NCBI GenBank assembly: GCA_029240195.1
Contig: JARBTN010000005.1
Location: forward strand, 1 to 49,377
DNA length: 49,377 nucleotides
Reading direction: 5' to 3'
From: Chlamydiales bacterium
GTDB lineage: Bacteria; Chlamydiota; Chlamydiia; Chlamydiales; JARBTN01
Shown here: piece after piece, positions 31,948-41,207 of the stretch
Position numbering within the stretch: the stretch's first letter is position 1
Layout: every line of letters begins with the position of its first letter
Translations under genes and position numbers: made by a program
Notes under the pieces: generated by a model
What the model saw: the letters and a program-made list of their open reading frames with translations, nothing else
Told to the model about the DNA's origin: nothing
Database searches by the model: none

Positions 31948-33362
31948 GAGGGGCTATTCACTCTTTTCTCAAGCAGCGCAATGTTCTCTAAGTGTACTGT
32001 CTGAGGGAATTGGTCGATAGGCTGGAGCACTTTTAAAACGTAGCCCATCTTTTCTATCTCTTCAATATTGAGCCGCTGCGTTAGCGGATTGCAGGAAATA
32101 TAGATAATTCTCTTAGCTTGCGTAGAGACCACTTCGAGAAGTGCCTTGTGGTCCAGGCCAGCGCGCGGCGGATCGACAAAAACCACATCGGGCTCTTGAT
32201 AGTCAGCTCTTTTCTTTAGCTCCAACAGGGCTTGGCCGACGTCGGCCGTCAAAAATTCGGCATTGCCGATTTGCAGCCTTTTGCTATTTTCTCTCGCGTC
32301 ATAGGTCGAATCAGCAGATAAATCAATGCCGATCACTCGCTTGGCCAGCTTTGCCGCCAATAAGGAGATGGTCCCCGTCCCACAATAGAGGTCAAAGACC
32401 AGATCTCCCGGTTCGATGGCAGCCAAAGTGAGGGCTTTTTCATAGACCTTGACCGCTTGGACTGGGTTGGGCTGAAAAAAGGCCTGAGGGCTGATATGAA
32501 AAGTCAGCGATTGCGGCACAGGCTCTTCTAAGGTCAGCGTCGCGGCCAAAGCGTCAGGCCCGCATAGGAACATTTCAAAAAATTGGGTGGGCTGCCCCTT
32601 TAGAAGCTGCTGGATGCGGATGACTAAAGTCAGCTCGCAGTCGACTTTTAAATCAGCTGTCAGTGTCTCTTGAAAAAGGGCGATCTCCTCTTTGCTGAGC
32701 GCAAAACTTGGATTCCCAGAGACTGTCAAGATCACCATGCGATGATTATCGCCATCGCGCACAGTCAGGTTGCGCAAAGACCCTTCATCCCTGGCTGGTC
32801 GGTAAGCCTTTAGCTCAGTCTTTGCCCAAAAGCGACGCACCGATGAGAGGGCGTCCATGAACCAGCTGGGGCCCAACTGACAGTCATCGACATGGCAGAC
32901 CCGGCCTGGCCAATGGCGCAAGAACAGCCCTAGATAGCGCTCTCCATACCGGTCCTCTGAAAAGCTAAATTCCATTTTATTGCGGTAGTGGTAAGGAGCG
33001 CTGGCAATCATCGGATGAAGCTCGACGCCCCGCTCAATATAAGGGGCAAAGAGGGTGGCAATCTTTTGTTCTTTGAGCTCAAGCTGTGTCTCTTCGGGAA
33101 TATGCTGAAAAAGGCAGCCTCCGCACGATCCGAAGTGGCTGCAGGGGGCCTCTTGCCGCTCCTTTGCAGGCTCGATAATTTGAACAAGCGCTCCTTGATA
33201 GACCCCTTTTTCCCTCTTATAAAGGCGCCCTTCGATGACATCTCCTGGCATGGTAAAAGGAACAGCCGCTAAAGAGGGTGTCTCAATGGTATTCACCATC
33301 GCCAAGCCATAGCCATGCTTATCGTAGGCGTCTATTTGAAATTGAACTCTCTTTTCCTTCAT
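31944..33362 (-). CDS. rlmD: 23S rRNA (uracil-5-)-methyltransferase, RumA/RlmD type (TRAM + 4Fe-4S + SAM MTase)
   Basis: Fe-S cluster motif CSHFGSCGGCLFQH. SAM-binding motif VFDLYCGTGTISL. Also FVDPPRAGL and the catalytic-Cys motif YISCNP. The track start is 33395. ATG 33362 (MKEKRVQFQIDAY...) looks like the more natural start. The symbol reflects the family type, not proven target specificity. Confidence 0.85.
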   Translation of the reverse strand: MKEKRVQFQIDAYDKHGYGLAMVNTIETPSLAAVPFTMPGDVIEGRLYKREKGVYQGALVQIIEPAKERQEAPCSHFGSCGGCLFQHIPEETQLELKEQKIATLFAPYIERGVELHPMIASAPYHYRNKMEFSFSEDRYGERYLGLFLRHWPGRVCHVDDCQLGPSWFMDALSSVRRFWAKTELKAYRPARDEGSLRNLTVRDGDNHRMVILTVSGNPSFALSKEEIALFQETLTADLKVDCELTLVIRIQQLLKGQPTQFFEMFLCGPDALAATLTLEEPVPQSLTFHISPQAFFQPNPVQAVKVYEKALTLAAIEPGDLVFDLYCGTGTISLLAAKLAKRVIGIDLSADSTYDARENSKRLQIGNAEFLTADVGQALLELKKRADYQEPDVVFVDPPRAGLDHKALLEVVSTQAKRIIYISCNPLTQRLNIEEIEKMGYVLKVLQPIDQFPQTVHLENIALLEKRVNSPS

Positions 33363-33501
33363 AACATGCTCTTTAGAAAATAAAGATGATGGCACTTGCT
33401 AAAAGAACACTTTAAAGGGCTTTTTGTTAAAAATAAAGAAGAAATCAGAAGGAAAAAGGCAAGGATTCGGCTTCGCATCTCACTAAAGAGAAAGAGGGGC
33501 A

Positions 33502-33556
33502 TAAAAAAAAAGGCAAAATCCTTAAAAAGCCAAACGGCTTTAAAGACTTTGCCTTT
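33502..33556 (-). terminator. Rho-independent terminator of hctA
   Basis: On the minus strand, outer 9-bp stem (33548-33556 with 33509-17) encloses an aaagcc/ggcttt hairpin (33526-33541). It is followed by a T8-9 run (A-run 33503-33511 on the + strand). Confidence 0.65.
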
Positions 33557-33580
33557 ATCCCAAGGATCCAAAAAGAAGGA

Positions 33581-33958
33581 TTACTTCTTCTTCTTTACAG
33601 GAATTCTTGCTGTAGGACGCTTGACAACCATTGTGCGAGGCTTGACAGTTGCTTTGGCTACTTTAGCCTTTGCTTTTGCCGCAGGCTTTGCTGCAGGCTT
33701 TGCTGCCGCTTTTGGCGCTGCTTTAGCTGCAACAGCTTTGCCTTTTACTGCTTTGGCAGCTGCCGGCTTTTTCACTTTGGTGCGCTTTTCGCTGACAATC
33801 GACTCTTTCCTGTACACTTTGGCAACTTTTTCTAATTTCACTGTGCCTGTGCGCACGCGCTGAGAGGCGGCTTTATTGCCATTTTCTGCTTTTTCCAGAT
33901 CTTTCGTGATCTGCTCTAAAAGCTCTCTCATTGTTTTTACAGTATCTTTTAAAGCCAT
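33581..33958 (-). CDS. hctA: Chlamydial histone H1-like protein Hc1
   Basis: MALKDTVKTMRELLEQITKDLEKAENGNKAASQRVRTGTVKLEKVAKVYRKESI... is near-identical in pattern to the conserved Hc1 N-terminal domain. It is followed by a Lys/Ala-rich tail (AAKAVKGKAVAAKAAPKAAAKPAAKPAAKAKAKVAK). An AGGAG Shine-Dalgarno lies upstream. Confidence 0.95.
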   Translation of the reverse strand: MALKDTVKTMRELLEQITKDLEKAENGNKAASQRVRTGTVKLEKVAKVYRKESIVSEKRTKVKKPAAAKAVKGKAVAAKAAPKAAAKPAAKPAAKAKAKVAKATVKPRTMVVKRPTARIPVKKKK

Positions 33959-34012
33959 ACTAACTCACTCCTACTGTTCTTAAGTTAAATCATAAACATC
34001 TGAATATTGGTA

Positions 34013-34029
34013 TTGCACATATTGTGCAA
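34013..34029. promoter_or_regulatory. Perfect 17-bp palindrome upstream of hctA (candidate operator overlapping a -35-like hexamer)
   Basis: TTGCACA-TAT-TGTGCAA lies 55-71 nt upstream of the hctA ATG. On the minus strand, TTGCAC is followed 17 nt later by TATTCA. No experimental support. Confidence 0.3.
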
Positions 34030-34281
34030 CACCTTTGTCACTTTTTTTGAAGAATTTCTGTTTCTGCCACATGCCACTTCAAGATCTTGGAGTTGATTGC
34101 CCCTGAAGGGCGAGCCAACGGCGCTCCAAGTTGGCTTAAGAGTTGCTCGCCATCATCTGACCCAACATTGAGAAACCCTTGAAAAAGGGAAACCGAGAGG
34201 AAAACGTCCCTTTACAACTTAGGTATCGGCCTTATATCATGAATTTTTTACCTTAAAATAACTTCTTAAGCACAAAAACTC

Positions 34282-37281
34282 ATGTCTTTTTCCTTAAAAC
34301 ACACGGCTCTCTCCTTTCTCTTCTTCACAGCTTCTTGGCTCAATGCCCTTCCAGAGGCACCTCCAGCGAGCTGGCAATCTTTTCAAGAGGGTCTTTTAGC
34401 AGCCAATCGAGCCATTGAAAAAGAGCAAATTGAAGAGGCCATTTATATTCTTTCGGCCATGATTCAAAAGGCCACGTCCCAAGGAGATAGAGAACCTGTA
34501 TCTTTCCTGCAGTTAAAGCTGGCCCATCTCTACAATCAAATCGGGCTGACAGACCAAGCGGCTGCTCTGTTTATCGAATCGCTTAAAGATTATCCCTCTT
34601 CAGCTAAAGACAGCGCCTTTGTGCAGGCAACGTTTGCTCTAGCTAAAATTCTCTACCAAAAGGGGGAGCTCGAAGAGTCATTCGACCTGCTCTATCAGTT
34701 GAACCAGCTTTCTGTGCCTTTCGGAGAGGAAGACAAGCGCCTTTTCTTCACTGTTCAGGAAAAACTCGATGCACGCTATCAGAGAATGCTTATAGAGGCT
34801 GAAAAACTTTTTAACGAGGAAAAATATGCAGCATCGTCGCCTCTTTTGCAAGATATTTTCACAGCAAGCCTCTCTCTTCATTTTCCTTTGTCACTAAATC
34901 GAGAAGGCCCTTTTGCCTTTTTATCGTTTAAGATAGGGCATCGACTGGCTAAAAGCTACTACCTTTCTCAAAACTATTCTCAAGTTGTCCATACAATTCT
35001 TTCCTTCCCCCCCCTACCGGACAATGCCTTAGAGCTCTCTGACCTCCTTGTCGACTGCCGCTACCTCCTCGCCCTCTCCTACCGCAAATTGGGGGAATAC
35101 CAAGCTGCTATCGATGTATTGCGCCGCCTGAAAGTAGAAGAGGGGCGAGAAGATTTGGCCTTTTCAGATGAGCTCGATTTAGAAATGGCGCTATGCTACT
35201 TGGGGCTGTTTGATCTAAAGCGCGCTAAGTTTTCCTTAGAGGCCCTGGCATTGGGCGGAAAGAATAGCTCAGCTACAAGACAGGCCAAAGTGGAGCTGGC
35301 CGGCCTGCTCGGCCAGCTGGGGCATTTTGAAGAGAGCGAACAGCAGCTGAGGAGAATGCAAGCAAAGCTTCCCCCGATAGATCCGCTGCAAAAGAAAATT
35401 CTCTTTTTTCTGGCGGCTAATGCCTTTTCTCAAAAGCAATACTGGAGAGCCGCTGAGCTCTACCAAAAAAGCTTAGAGCCTTCTTCAGAGTGGCACCCCC
35501 AAGCGCTCTACAACCTTGGCGACTGCTACTATAAGCTGGCCCGCCAGTGCGCCGACCGCACTTTGGCAGCCCACTACATCCAACAGGCCAACGCCCTTTT
35601 TGAACGAGGAATCGATGGGCCTCTTAAAAGTGAAAATTACCGGCGCATCGCCGACTTGCTCGCCTTTCAGATGAAAGAGCTGCAAGATGAGACGGCTCTA
35701 GAGCAACTTAAAGGGCGCATTGAAAGCTTGCTCGAGGAGAAAAGCCCCCTGCTGCCCGACCTTCTGCTCGTCTTGGGCAAAATATCCCCAAGCTCTCGGG
35801 AAAGGGAAGAGACGCTCCTCTTTTTGACCGATAATTTCCCTGAAAGCCATGCGGCGCCTGAAGCTTGGGCGCTCTTAGGCGACCTCTATGGGGAAGGGTC
35901 AGAAGAAAAAGAGGCGCTTGCCAAGGCAATTCACTGCTATAGCCGTTCCTTCTACCTCTACTACCAGCAGCCAGCGCTCGGCAAAGCAGGAGAGATGCTC
36001 TTGAAGCAAGCGCTCGCTCTTAGGGAGATGAAAGATCCGGAAAGCCTGTGGCGGGCCTATGTGGAAATTCAATCGCTGATCGATATCCACACCGACTTGC
36101 TGCACAAGATGAAAGACCCGGCCAGGGTCTACTTTGAATTGGCCAAGTCGGCTTTAGAGCTCCCCCTTGCGCTGCAGAGCAAAGAGACGATTGAATCAGC
36201 CAAAGAATCTCTTTTAATTCTCATCAATCGCTATGGAAATGAAAGCTACGCCTTAAAAGCAAAATACCTGCTTGCCTCCCTTTTCTTTCAAATGCAAGAG
36301 TACGAGCTTTCCTTCATCTACTTTAAACAATACGCCGAGGCAAGCAAAGATGAGACTGCCGGCGACGCCTGGCATTTTGCAGCGCTCTCGGCCATCGAGA
36401 TCGGCTATAGCGTCCCGACGATTCAAGAATGCCTGAAGATGTCTTTTGAAAGATTTCCACAAGGGCACTATGCAGACAGCGATTACTTATCTTACTATCC
36501 GGAAGAGGCCTACTTGATGGAGCGCCCTCAGGCTTTGAATCACCTTCTCGCTTTCCCAAGAACCTTTCCCCAATCACCGCTCATCGCCCTCCAGCAATGC
36601 TGGCTTGGGAAAATCGAAGAGGCGAAAAGCGTCGTCCTCGACCCCCTAGAGCGGCTACAAAGGCTCAAAGAGGCCAAATGCCGCTTTTCTCAAGCGCTCT
36701 CCCTCATTACCCTGCCTCCGGCTGACGAGGCGCTAGAAAGGGCTTATCTAGCCAGCTGCATGGGCTATAGCCGATCGAGCATCAATATCCACTATCTCGA
36801 AGCCTCTTTTGGGCAAGACTCCTCCCTCCCGATTGATGTCATGTTGGCCCTGACGCAATCGCTCCCCCTCTTAAATGAAGAGGAGAGGCGACAAAACCTG
36901 TGGCTGCAGCTTGAATATGATAAGATCTCTGGGCTATTAACGGAGCGCGGCCGCGTGATCGAGGAAATCTTAAAAGAGATGAAACAAAAGAAAGGGCCCC
37001 TCTCTGCCATCACCTTAGAAAAGGGAATTTTCTTCTTTGATCAGCAACTTTGGAAAAAAGCCCTTCCCCTCTTTCAAACGGCCTCTCGCCAAAAAGAGGC
37101 CTCTTTGGAGGTATTCCTCCTGGCCAAGCTCTACGAGGCGGAGACCCTGGCCCAGCTGAAGAAATGGTCCAAAGCGCTGCAAACTCTAGAGCGCGCCCAG
37201 GAAAAATCGATCGACCCCACCTTTCAGCAGGCCCTTCAAGATAAAAAAGAAGAGATCCAGCAAAGGCAAAAGTCTCGCTAG
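34282..37281 (+). CDS. Large TPR-repeat protein with signal peptide
   Basis: N-terminal signal peptide MSFSLKHTALSFLFFTASWLNALP. It is helical throughout, with repeated TPR-like A/Y/L spacing (e.g. LKLAHLYNQIGLTDQAAALFIESL; LALSYRKLGEYQAAIDVLRRL; LYNLGDCYYKLARQ; YLLASLFFQMQEYELSFIYFKQY). A 20-bp-stem terminator lies downstream. Confidence 0.8.
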   Translation: MSFSLKHTALSFLFFTASWLNALPEAPPASWQSFQEGLLAANRAIEKEQIEEAIYILSAMIQKATSQGDREPVSFLQLKLAHLYNQIGLTDQAAALFIESLKDYPSSAKDSAFVQATFALAKILYQKGELEESFDLLYQLNQLSVPFGEEDKRLFFTVQEKLDARYQRMLIEAEKLFNEEKYAASSPLLQDIFTASLSLHFPLSLNREGPFAFLSFKIGHRLAKSYYLSQNYSQVVHTILSFPPLPDNALELSDLLVDCRYLLALSYRKLGEYQAAIDVLRRLKVEEGREDLAFSDELDLEMALCYLGLFDLKRAKFSLEALALGGKNSSATRQAKVELAGLLGQLGHFEESEQQLRRMQAKLPPIDPLQKKILFFLAANAFSQKQYWRAAELYQKSLEPSSEWHPQALYNLGDCYYKLARQCADRTLAAHYIQQANALFERGIDGPLKSENYRRIADLLAFQMKELQDETALEQLKGRIESLLEEKSPLLPDLLLVLGKISPSSREREETLLFLTDNFPESHAAPEAWALLGDLYGEGSEEKEALAKAIHCYSRSFYLYYQQPALGKAGEMLLKQALALREMKDPESLWRAYVEIQSLIDIHTDLLHKMKDPARVYFELAKSALELPLALQSKETIESAKESLLILINRYGNESYALKAKYLLASLFFQMQEYELSFIYFKQYAEASKDETAGDAWHFAALSAIEIGYSVPTIQECLKMSFERFPQGHYADSDYLSYYPEEAYLMERPQALNHLLAFPRTFPQSPLIALQQCWLGKIEEAKSVVLDPLERLQRLKEAKCRFSQALSLITLPPADEALERAYLASCMGYSRSSINIHYLEASFGQDSSLPIDVMLALTQSLPLLNEEERRQNLWLQLEYDKISGLLTERGRVIEEILKEMKQKKGPLSAITLEKGIFFFDQQLWKKALPLFQTASRQKEASLEVFLLAKLYEAETLAQLKKWSKALQTLERAQEKSIDPTFQQALQDKKEEIQQRQKSR

Positions 37282-37340
37282 GGAGGAAACATTTTTTAGC
37301 GGATGCGCCACCGCAAAACCGTTTGGAATCGCCTCTCTTT

Positions 37341-37392
37341 AAAAAAATGAGGGCCCATTCTATTGCTCCCGCGCAATAGAATGGGCCCTCAT
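37341..37392. terminator. Bidirectional terminator (20-bp perfect stem)
   Basis: An A7 run (37341-37347), then atgagggcccattctattgc (37347-37366), a 6-nt loop, then gcaatagaatgggccctcat (37373-37392). On the minus strand the hairpin is followed by T7. It lies between the convergent TPR and IMPase genes. Confidence 0.85.
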
Positions 37393-37431
37393 CTGTTATT
37401 TGGAGAAACTTTTTTGACAGGCTCTCTTCAG

Positions 37432-38256
37432 TTAACCGAGAGAGACTTTTTTCTGGCAGGCGGCCAAAAGCTCGCCGCTGAGCTGAGCGTGGATCTGGCC
37501 GTTGGTGGCCAAGATCTCTCCCGAGTGGGGGAGGAAGGAGCCTCTGTCATAGCTTGTGACAACTCCCCCCGCCTCTTCAACGAGCACAGCCCCAGCTGCA
37601 ATATCCCACACCTTCAAACCACTTTCCCAATAGCCATCTAAACGACCGGCAGCTACATAGGCCAGATCTAATGAGGCACTGCCTAAGCGGCGAACGCCCT
37701 GTGAAATGGAGGTGATTTGAAAAAATTCGCGGTAATTATTATCGAAGCTGACTGCCCGGTCATAGGGAAATCCGGTGGCAAGCAGGCTATGTTGCAAGTC
37801 TAAAGCTTTAGATACCGAGATCCTTTTGCCATTGAGAGTCGCTCCAAGCCCTCTAGCTGCTAAAAAGAGCTCCCCCATGATCGGATTAAAGATAACACCG
37901 GCCACAGGCCTTTGGTGATATAATACTCCTATTGAAATTGCAACCATCGGAAAGGAGTGGGTGTAGTTTGTTGTGCCATCGAGCGGGTCGATAGCCCAGC
38001 TCCACTCCCCTGACGCCCCCTGCTCCCCTGACTCTTCGGCAATGAAGTGATGGGAGGGGTAAGCCTTTTGCACGATCGATAATATTTTAGATTCTGCTTC
38101 TCGATCGACTTCGGTGACCAAGTTGCCGGGCAGATCCTTATCTTCGATCAGGAACTGTTTTCCCCAATATTTTTTTAAAATTTCACCGCCGGCCAGAGCC
38201 GCTTCCAAGGCAGTTTCTTGAATATGCTCTAACTGATCTGCAAAATCAAACTCCAT
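37432..38256 (-). CDS. suhB: Inositol monophosphatase family protein (SuhB-like)
   Basis: IMPase motifs FIAEESGE, WAIDPLDGTTNYTH and WDIAAGAVLVEEAGG; typical length of 274 aa. Confidence 0.88.
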   Translation of the reverse strand: MEFDFADQLEHIQETALEAALAGGEILKKYWGKQFLIEDKDLPGNLVTEVDREAESKILSIVQKAYPSHHFIAEESGEQGASGEWSWAIDPLDGTTNYTHSFPMVAISIGVLYHQRPVAGVIFNPIMGELFLAARGLGATLNGKRISVSKALDLQHSLLATGFPYDRAVSFDNNYREFFQITSISQGVRRLGSASLDLAYVAAGRLDGYWESGLKVWDIAAGAVLVEEAGGVVTSYDRGSFLPHSGEILATNGQIHAQLSGELLAACQKKVSLG

Positions 38257-38281
38257 CGGTCTCCGAAAAGTGCGTAAAAGG

Positions 38282-38728
38282 TCAAACTACAAAGTTATCG
38301 ATCTGTGAGATGATTGCCGCTTCCGATTCTTTGGTCACATCTTTAGCGATGCTGCCCAAAATGGTTTTAGCCGTCGTATCATTTAAATTTTGTCGAATCA
38401 GCCCCAAGAAGGAGGGGGCGGCGAGGACGTAGAGGTGGTTGAAGCTTCCTTCAATATGCTCTTTCTCTAGATAGCGGCAGACCTCTTGGGCAAAGTGCTG
38501 ATGCTCGTTTTCTGTCGGAGAGTGCTTGGGCTCCATGGCATGACGGGTGACCGCTCCGTTTTCGAAGCTGCGGCCCGGCTTATCCGAGACGAGCTCGCGG
38601 GCATGCAGGCGGCTTTCGGGATGGGAAAGGGTTTTTACTTCATTTAGAGCATGCGCTGAAGGCGCTTTGAATATGCGTGCTAAAGAACTATTAGCGACTA
38701 AGACATAGGTATTTTTTTTCGTTAGCAT
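38282..38728 (-). CDS. Host-attachment-protein family (Host_attach / eRF1-like) protein
   Basis: From ATG 38728 (AAGAGG 7 nt upstream): MLTKKNTYVLVANSSLARIF...LVSDKPGRSFENGAVTRHAMEP...HFAQEVCRYLEKEHIEGSFNHLYVLAAPSFLGLIRQNL...IAKDVTK. This matches the family pattern W-x-LVA-x-x-x-ARIF...SD-x-PGR...RHA-x-EP...L-x-LVApp-x-LG-x-LR...KDLt. The 44-codon upstream extension in the track ORF is AT-rich and probably untranslated. Confidence 0.75.
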   Translation of the reverse strand: MLTKKNTYVLVANSSLARIFKAPSAHALNEVKTLSHPESRLHARELVSDKPGRSFENGAVTRHAMEPKHSPTENEHQHFAQEVCRYLEKEHIEGSFNHLYVLAAPSFLGLIRQNLNDTTAKTILGSIAKDVTKESEAAIISQIDNFVV

Positions 38729-38906
38729 CGTTTTACCTCTTATTTTTTTTTTGAACAAAACTACGGCAATTTTTCTTCTTAGACTAGCCGATTCCTCTAA
38801 ATTTTTAAATGGGTAAATTTTTTTTAGAAAAAAGGAAAGGGCGCAGGTTAAAGGAGGCATTAAATGGAGGAATATCCCATGCCCAGCAAATTGTGATGCT
38901 GCCTTC

Positions 38907-40091
38907 TTATTTGAAATGCGTTTCTTTCAAGTTCTGTCGATTCATGTACAGGCTGAATCCGGAGTGCTCCTCTATAGACGTCCCAAAGCTGAATTTTGAG
39001 GGGTAATTGCGAGAGGGCCTCTCGATGAAAAAGGGATTTTTCCCGCGAGATAGGCTCTTTGACCATCGATCTCGCCGTTCCTGATTCATCCAATCTTTCT
39101 CCTTTAATAGAGCATTGAGCTCCGATTTCGGGAGGTGCTCGAAGCGGATGAGGTCAATGAGAGAGAGAGAATGGCCTTTAATGGGATAAAAGGGCTCATT
39201 TAAGAGGAAAATGGCCTTTTTCTGGCAAAACCCGCTCTGATGCAGGGCCCACTTTTGCAAGAGAGCCAGCAATTGCCGCTCCCCTCGCTGGTTGGCATCG
39301 GAGCTGCAGACCGCTGCTAAGTCTTGCCTAGAGAGGTTGAGGTAGAGTGTTTCGCTTTGAAAAGAGGCCTTAGCCAGCCAATCGACAGCCGCTCGATAGA
39401 CAATGGGCAAATCGCTCCTTAAGATCCACTTTGATACGTTTTTCGCGTTGATATTTTTTGCCAGCAAAACTTCTAAAGAATGCTCCAATGCCTTTTCTTG
39501 GCTAAGACGGGCGACATCCAATAATTCTTCTGCCTGTTCTAAAGGCACTTGAATGAAAGAGGCGCGCGTTTGGCAATATTCCTGGTAGAGCGGGTGGCGA
39601 CTCGAGAGGGTATGGACGCCCCTCTTTGCAGGAATCAAATCCGCGGCAGAGGAAGGGATGAGCTGCGCAAAGAAAAGAGAGCGGTTTAAAAGGGCCTGCA
39701 CCTGCTTGACCAATTCCTGAGAGCTCAGGCTGCCCACAAGCGCGACTTGGCGCTGCAATGAAGAAATGGAACCTGCAGCATTAGACATCTCTTCGCGCGC
39801 TCCCCGATTTTTTTGTAAACGGGTCAAATGCGCCTCTTCCCTTTGCAAAGCGGTAAAAGCCAAGGCGATGATGAGAGCGGCAATCTGCCGATGGTCGAGA
39901 GGCCCCCTGTTTGTCAAATGCGCCTGCACCACCTCTCGAAGTACCTGCACGCGCAAGACCGGCAAAAAGCCCTCAAGCCGCTTGGCCGAACAATCTGCTT
40001 CTGCAAAGAGGTGAGAGAGCGCTTCTTTGCGCTGCTTCTCATGAAAAGATTGGAGCAGAGATACCCCTGAACATTTAATATCTGACAGCAT
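38907..40091 (-). CDS. Hypothetical protein (alpha-helical; no confident domain)
   Basis: Long ORF. I prefer ATG 40091 (MLSDIKCSG...) because AGGAGA lies 5 nt upstream. The track start at 40136 lies in AT-rich promoter-like DNA. Confidence 0.65.
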   Translation of the reverse strand: MLSDIKCSGVSLLQSFHEKQRKEALSHLFAEADCSAKRLEGFLPVLRVQVLREVVQAHLTNRGPLDHRQIAALIIALAFTALQREEAHLTRLQKNRGAREEMSNAAGSISSLQRQVALVGSLSSQELVKQVQALLNRSLFFAQLIPSSAADLIPAKRGVHTLSSRHPLYQEYCQTRASFIQVPLEQAEELLDVARLSQEKALEHSLEVLLAKNINAKNVSKWILRSDLPIVYRAAVDWLAKASFQSETLYLNLSRQDLAAVCSSDANQRGERQLLALLQKWALHQSGFCQKKAIFLLNEPFYPIKGHSLSLIDLIRFEHLPKSELNALLKEKDWMNQERRDRWSKSLSRGKNPFFIERPSRNYPSKFSFGTSIEEHSGFSLYMNRQNLKETHFK

Positions 40092-40220
40092 AATATCTCC
40101 TATTTTAATATATTCGATAAAAAGTAAACAATTCATATTGAATTTAAACTACATGTATTTTATAATATATATGCACCTAGTTTTAAATTGTTTTACAAAA
40201 AAAACAAATTCAAAGGTGCT
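40092..40220. promoter_or_regulatory. AT-rich divergent promoter island
   Basis: aatatctcctattttaatatattcgataaaaagtaaacaattcatattgaatttaaactacatgtattttataatatatatgcacctagttttaaattg, lying between divergent genes; it contains TATAAT boxes. Confidence 0.35.
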
Positions 40221-41207
40221 ATGAATTACCTAATTTTATTTATTTGTTGTTTCTATTCCGCTTTGGCTCCTGCCAAAGAAATTTTTGTAGATTCCCTGCC
40301 GCCCCTCCCCTTAAGAGATCACTCTTATCGCTCACCGACAGCCCGCTACATCGAGTACCATAGCTGGAACGTGATTGGATCTAGCTTACAGCAGATGGGA
40401 GTCTCTCTCATCCACCGCAACTTCTTCGATCGCATCAAAGAGCGAGAGGAGGTTGGATTCATCGGCTATCATGGCAGCACAAAAGAATTCATGATCTACC
40501 AAGATATCATCCGCTTGATTGTCGAAGAAATTGCTCTCATCCCCATCCGGGAAGATTTTCACTTCTTTCGCATTCCGGGAGATCCTGCCTATTGCTATGA
40601 GAGCTTAAAAGAATGGGGCAATTTGGGATATAATCCAAATTATTTTCTCTGCCTCAATTTCGCCATCTATGGCAACCATTTCATACCTGGCAGCTGCTCT
40701 TACTACTACTTTACAAGCAATGGCTCAGCCAATCACCTCAACTATCAGCCTTTTCTCCAGCCCCTCTTTCAAGAAATTGGGCTAGATGCGGCAGCCATGC
40801 AAACTCTCTTTGCCATTGGCCAAAAGCACTTAAACCAAAAAAATGGCGTCATCTACCAGCTTTTTGACTTATCCCACCAAAGCATTGATCAGCCTTTCTA
40901 TGCTCTGGCAGATGCCCAATGCTTGCCTTTCCAATGGTACTATTATGAGATCAAGCCATTCTCCAAAATTGTCTTAGATAGCTCCGATTTCATCAACCAC
41001 AGTCAAGCAAGGCTCCTCTTAAACAATGCCCACACCCTCAATCCCTACTCCAGCTTGAGCATCCAACGCTTTAATAAGCTCTCTTTAGAAGAAAACGAGG
41101 CCTATTGGCAGGAGATGCGCCAAGCCGTACGCCTTCTCTCCTTTTCTGAAGAGAAGAGAAGCGCCTTCCGTCAAAAATTACTACAACTTTGGGGCATCTA
41201 TGAATAA
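40221..41207 (+). CDS. Signal-peptide-bearing hypothetical protein, paralog A (GYHGS ... F-x10-Y ... YQLFD motifs; possible ART-like fold)
   Basis: ATG 40221 gives the signal peptide MNYLILFICCFYSALAPAKE (the track start TTG 40188 adds a Lys-rich extension). Conserved blocks are shared with the next gene. See findings for the motif comparison. Confidence 0.7.
   Translation: MNYLILFICCFYSALAPAKEIFVDSLPPLPLRDHSYRSPTARYIEYHSWNVIGSSLQQMGVSLIHRNFFDRIKEREEVGFIGYHGSTKEFMIYQDIIRLIVEEIALIPIREDFHFFRIPGDPAYCYESLKEWGNLGYNPNYFLCLNFAIYGNHFIPGSCSYYYFTSNGSANHLNYQPFLQPLFQEIGLDAAAMQTLFAIGQKHLNQKNGVIYQLFDLSHQSIDQPFYALADAQCLPFQWYYYEIKPFSKIVLDSSDFINHSQARLLLNNAHTLNPYSSLSIQRFNKLSLEENEAYWQEMRQAVRLLSFSEEKRSAFRQKLLQLWGIYE

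Noticed and set aside
33396-33863. 155-aa plus-strand ORF with an Ala/Phe/Gly-rich tail.
   Set aside because: It is the antisense reading of the Lys/Ala-rich hctA tail and of the hctA terminator region. hctA on the minus strand is unambiguous.
37363-37641. 92-aa plus-strand ORF overlapping the 3' end of the IMPase gene.
   Set aside because: It starts inside the 20-bp-stem terminator hairpin and runs antisense to a well-supported CDS.
38729-38860. N-terminal extensions in track ORFs. The cases are 38729-38860, 40092-40136, 40188-40220, 2800-2811, 2545-2583, 33363-33395 and 44245-44283.
   Set aside because: The track takes the longest ORF, including TTG and GTG starts. Internal ATGs with better Shine-Dalgarno sequences, signal peptides or family-typical N-termini were preferred. 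Start choices remain uncertain by a few codons.
38907-40091. Faint resemblance of IVYRAAVDWLA ... LLALLQKWAL ... LIDLIRFEHLPKSELNALLKE to the BACK domain of BTB-Kelch proteins.
   Set aside because: Only a few hydrophobic positions agree and there is no recognisable BTB domain upstream. This is too weak to call without a profile search.
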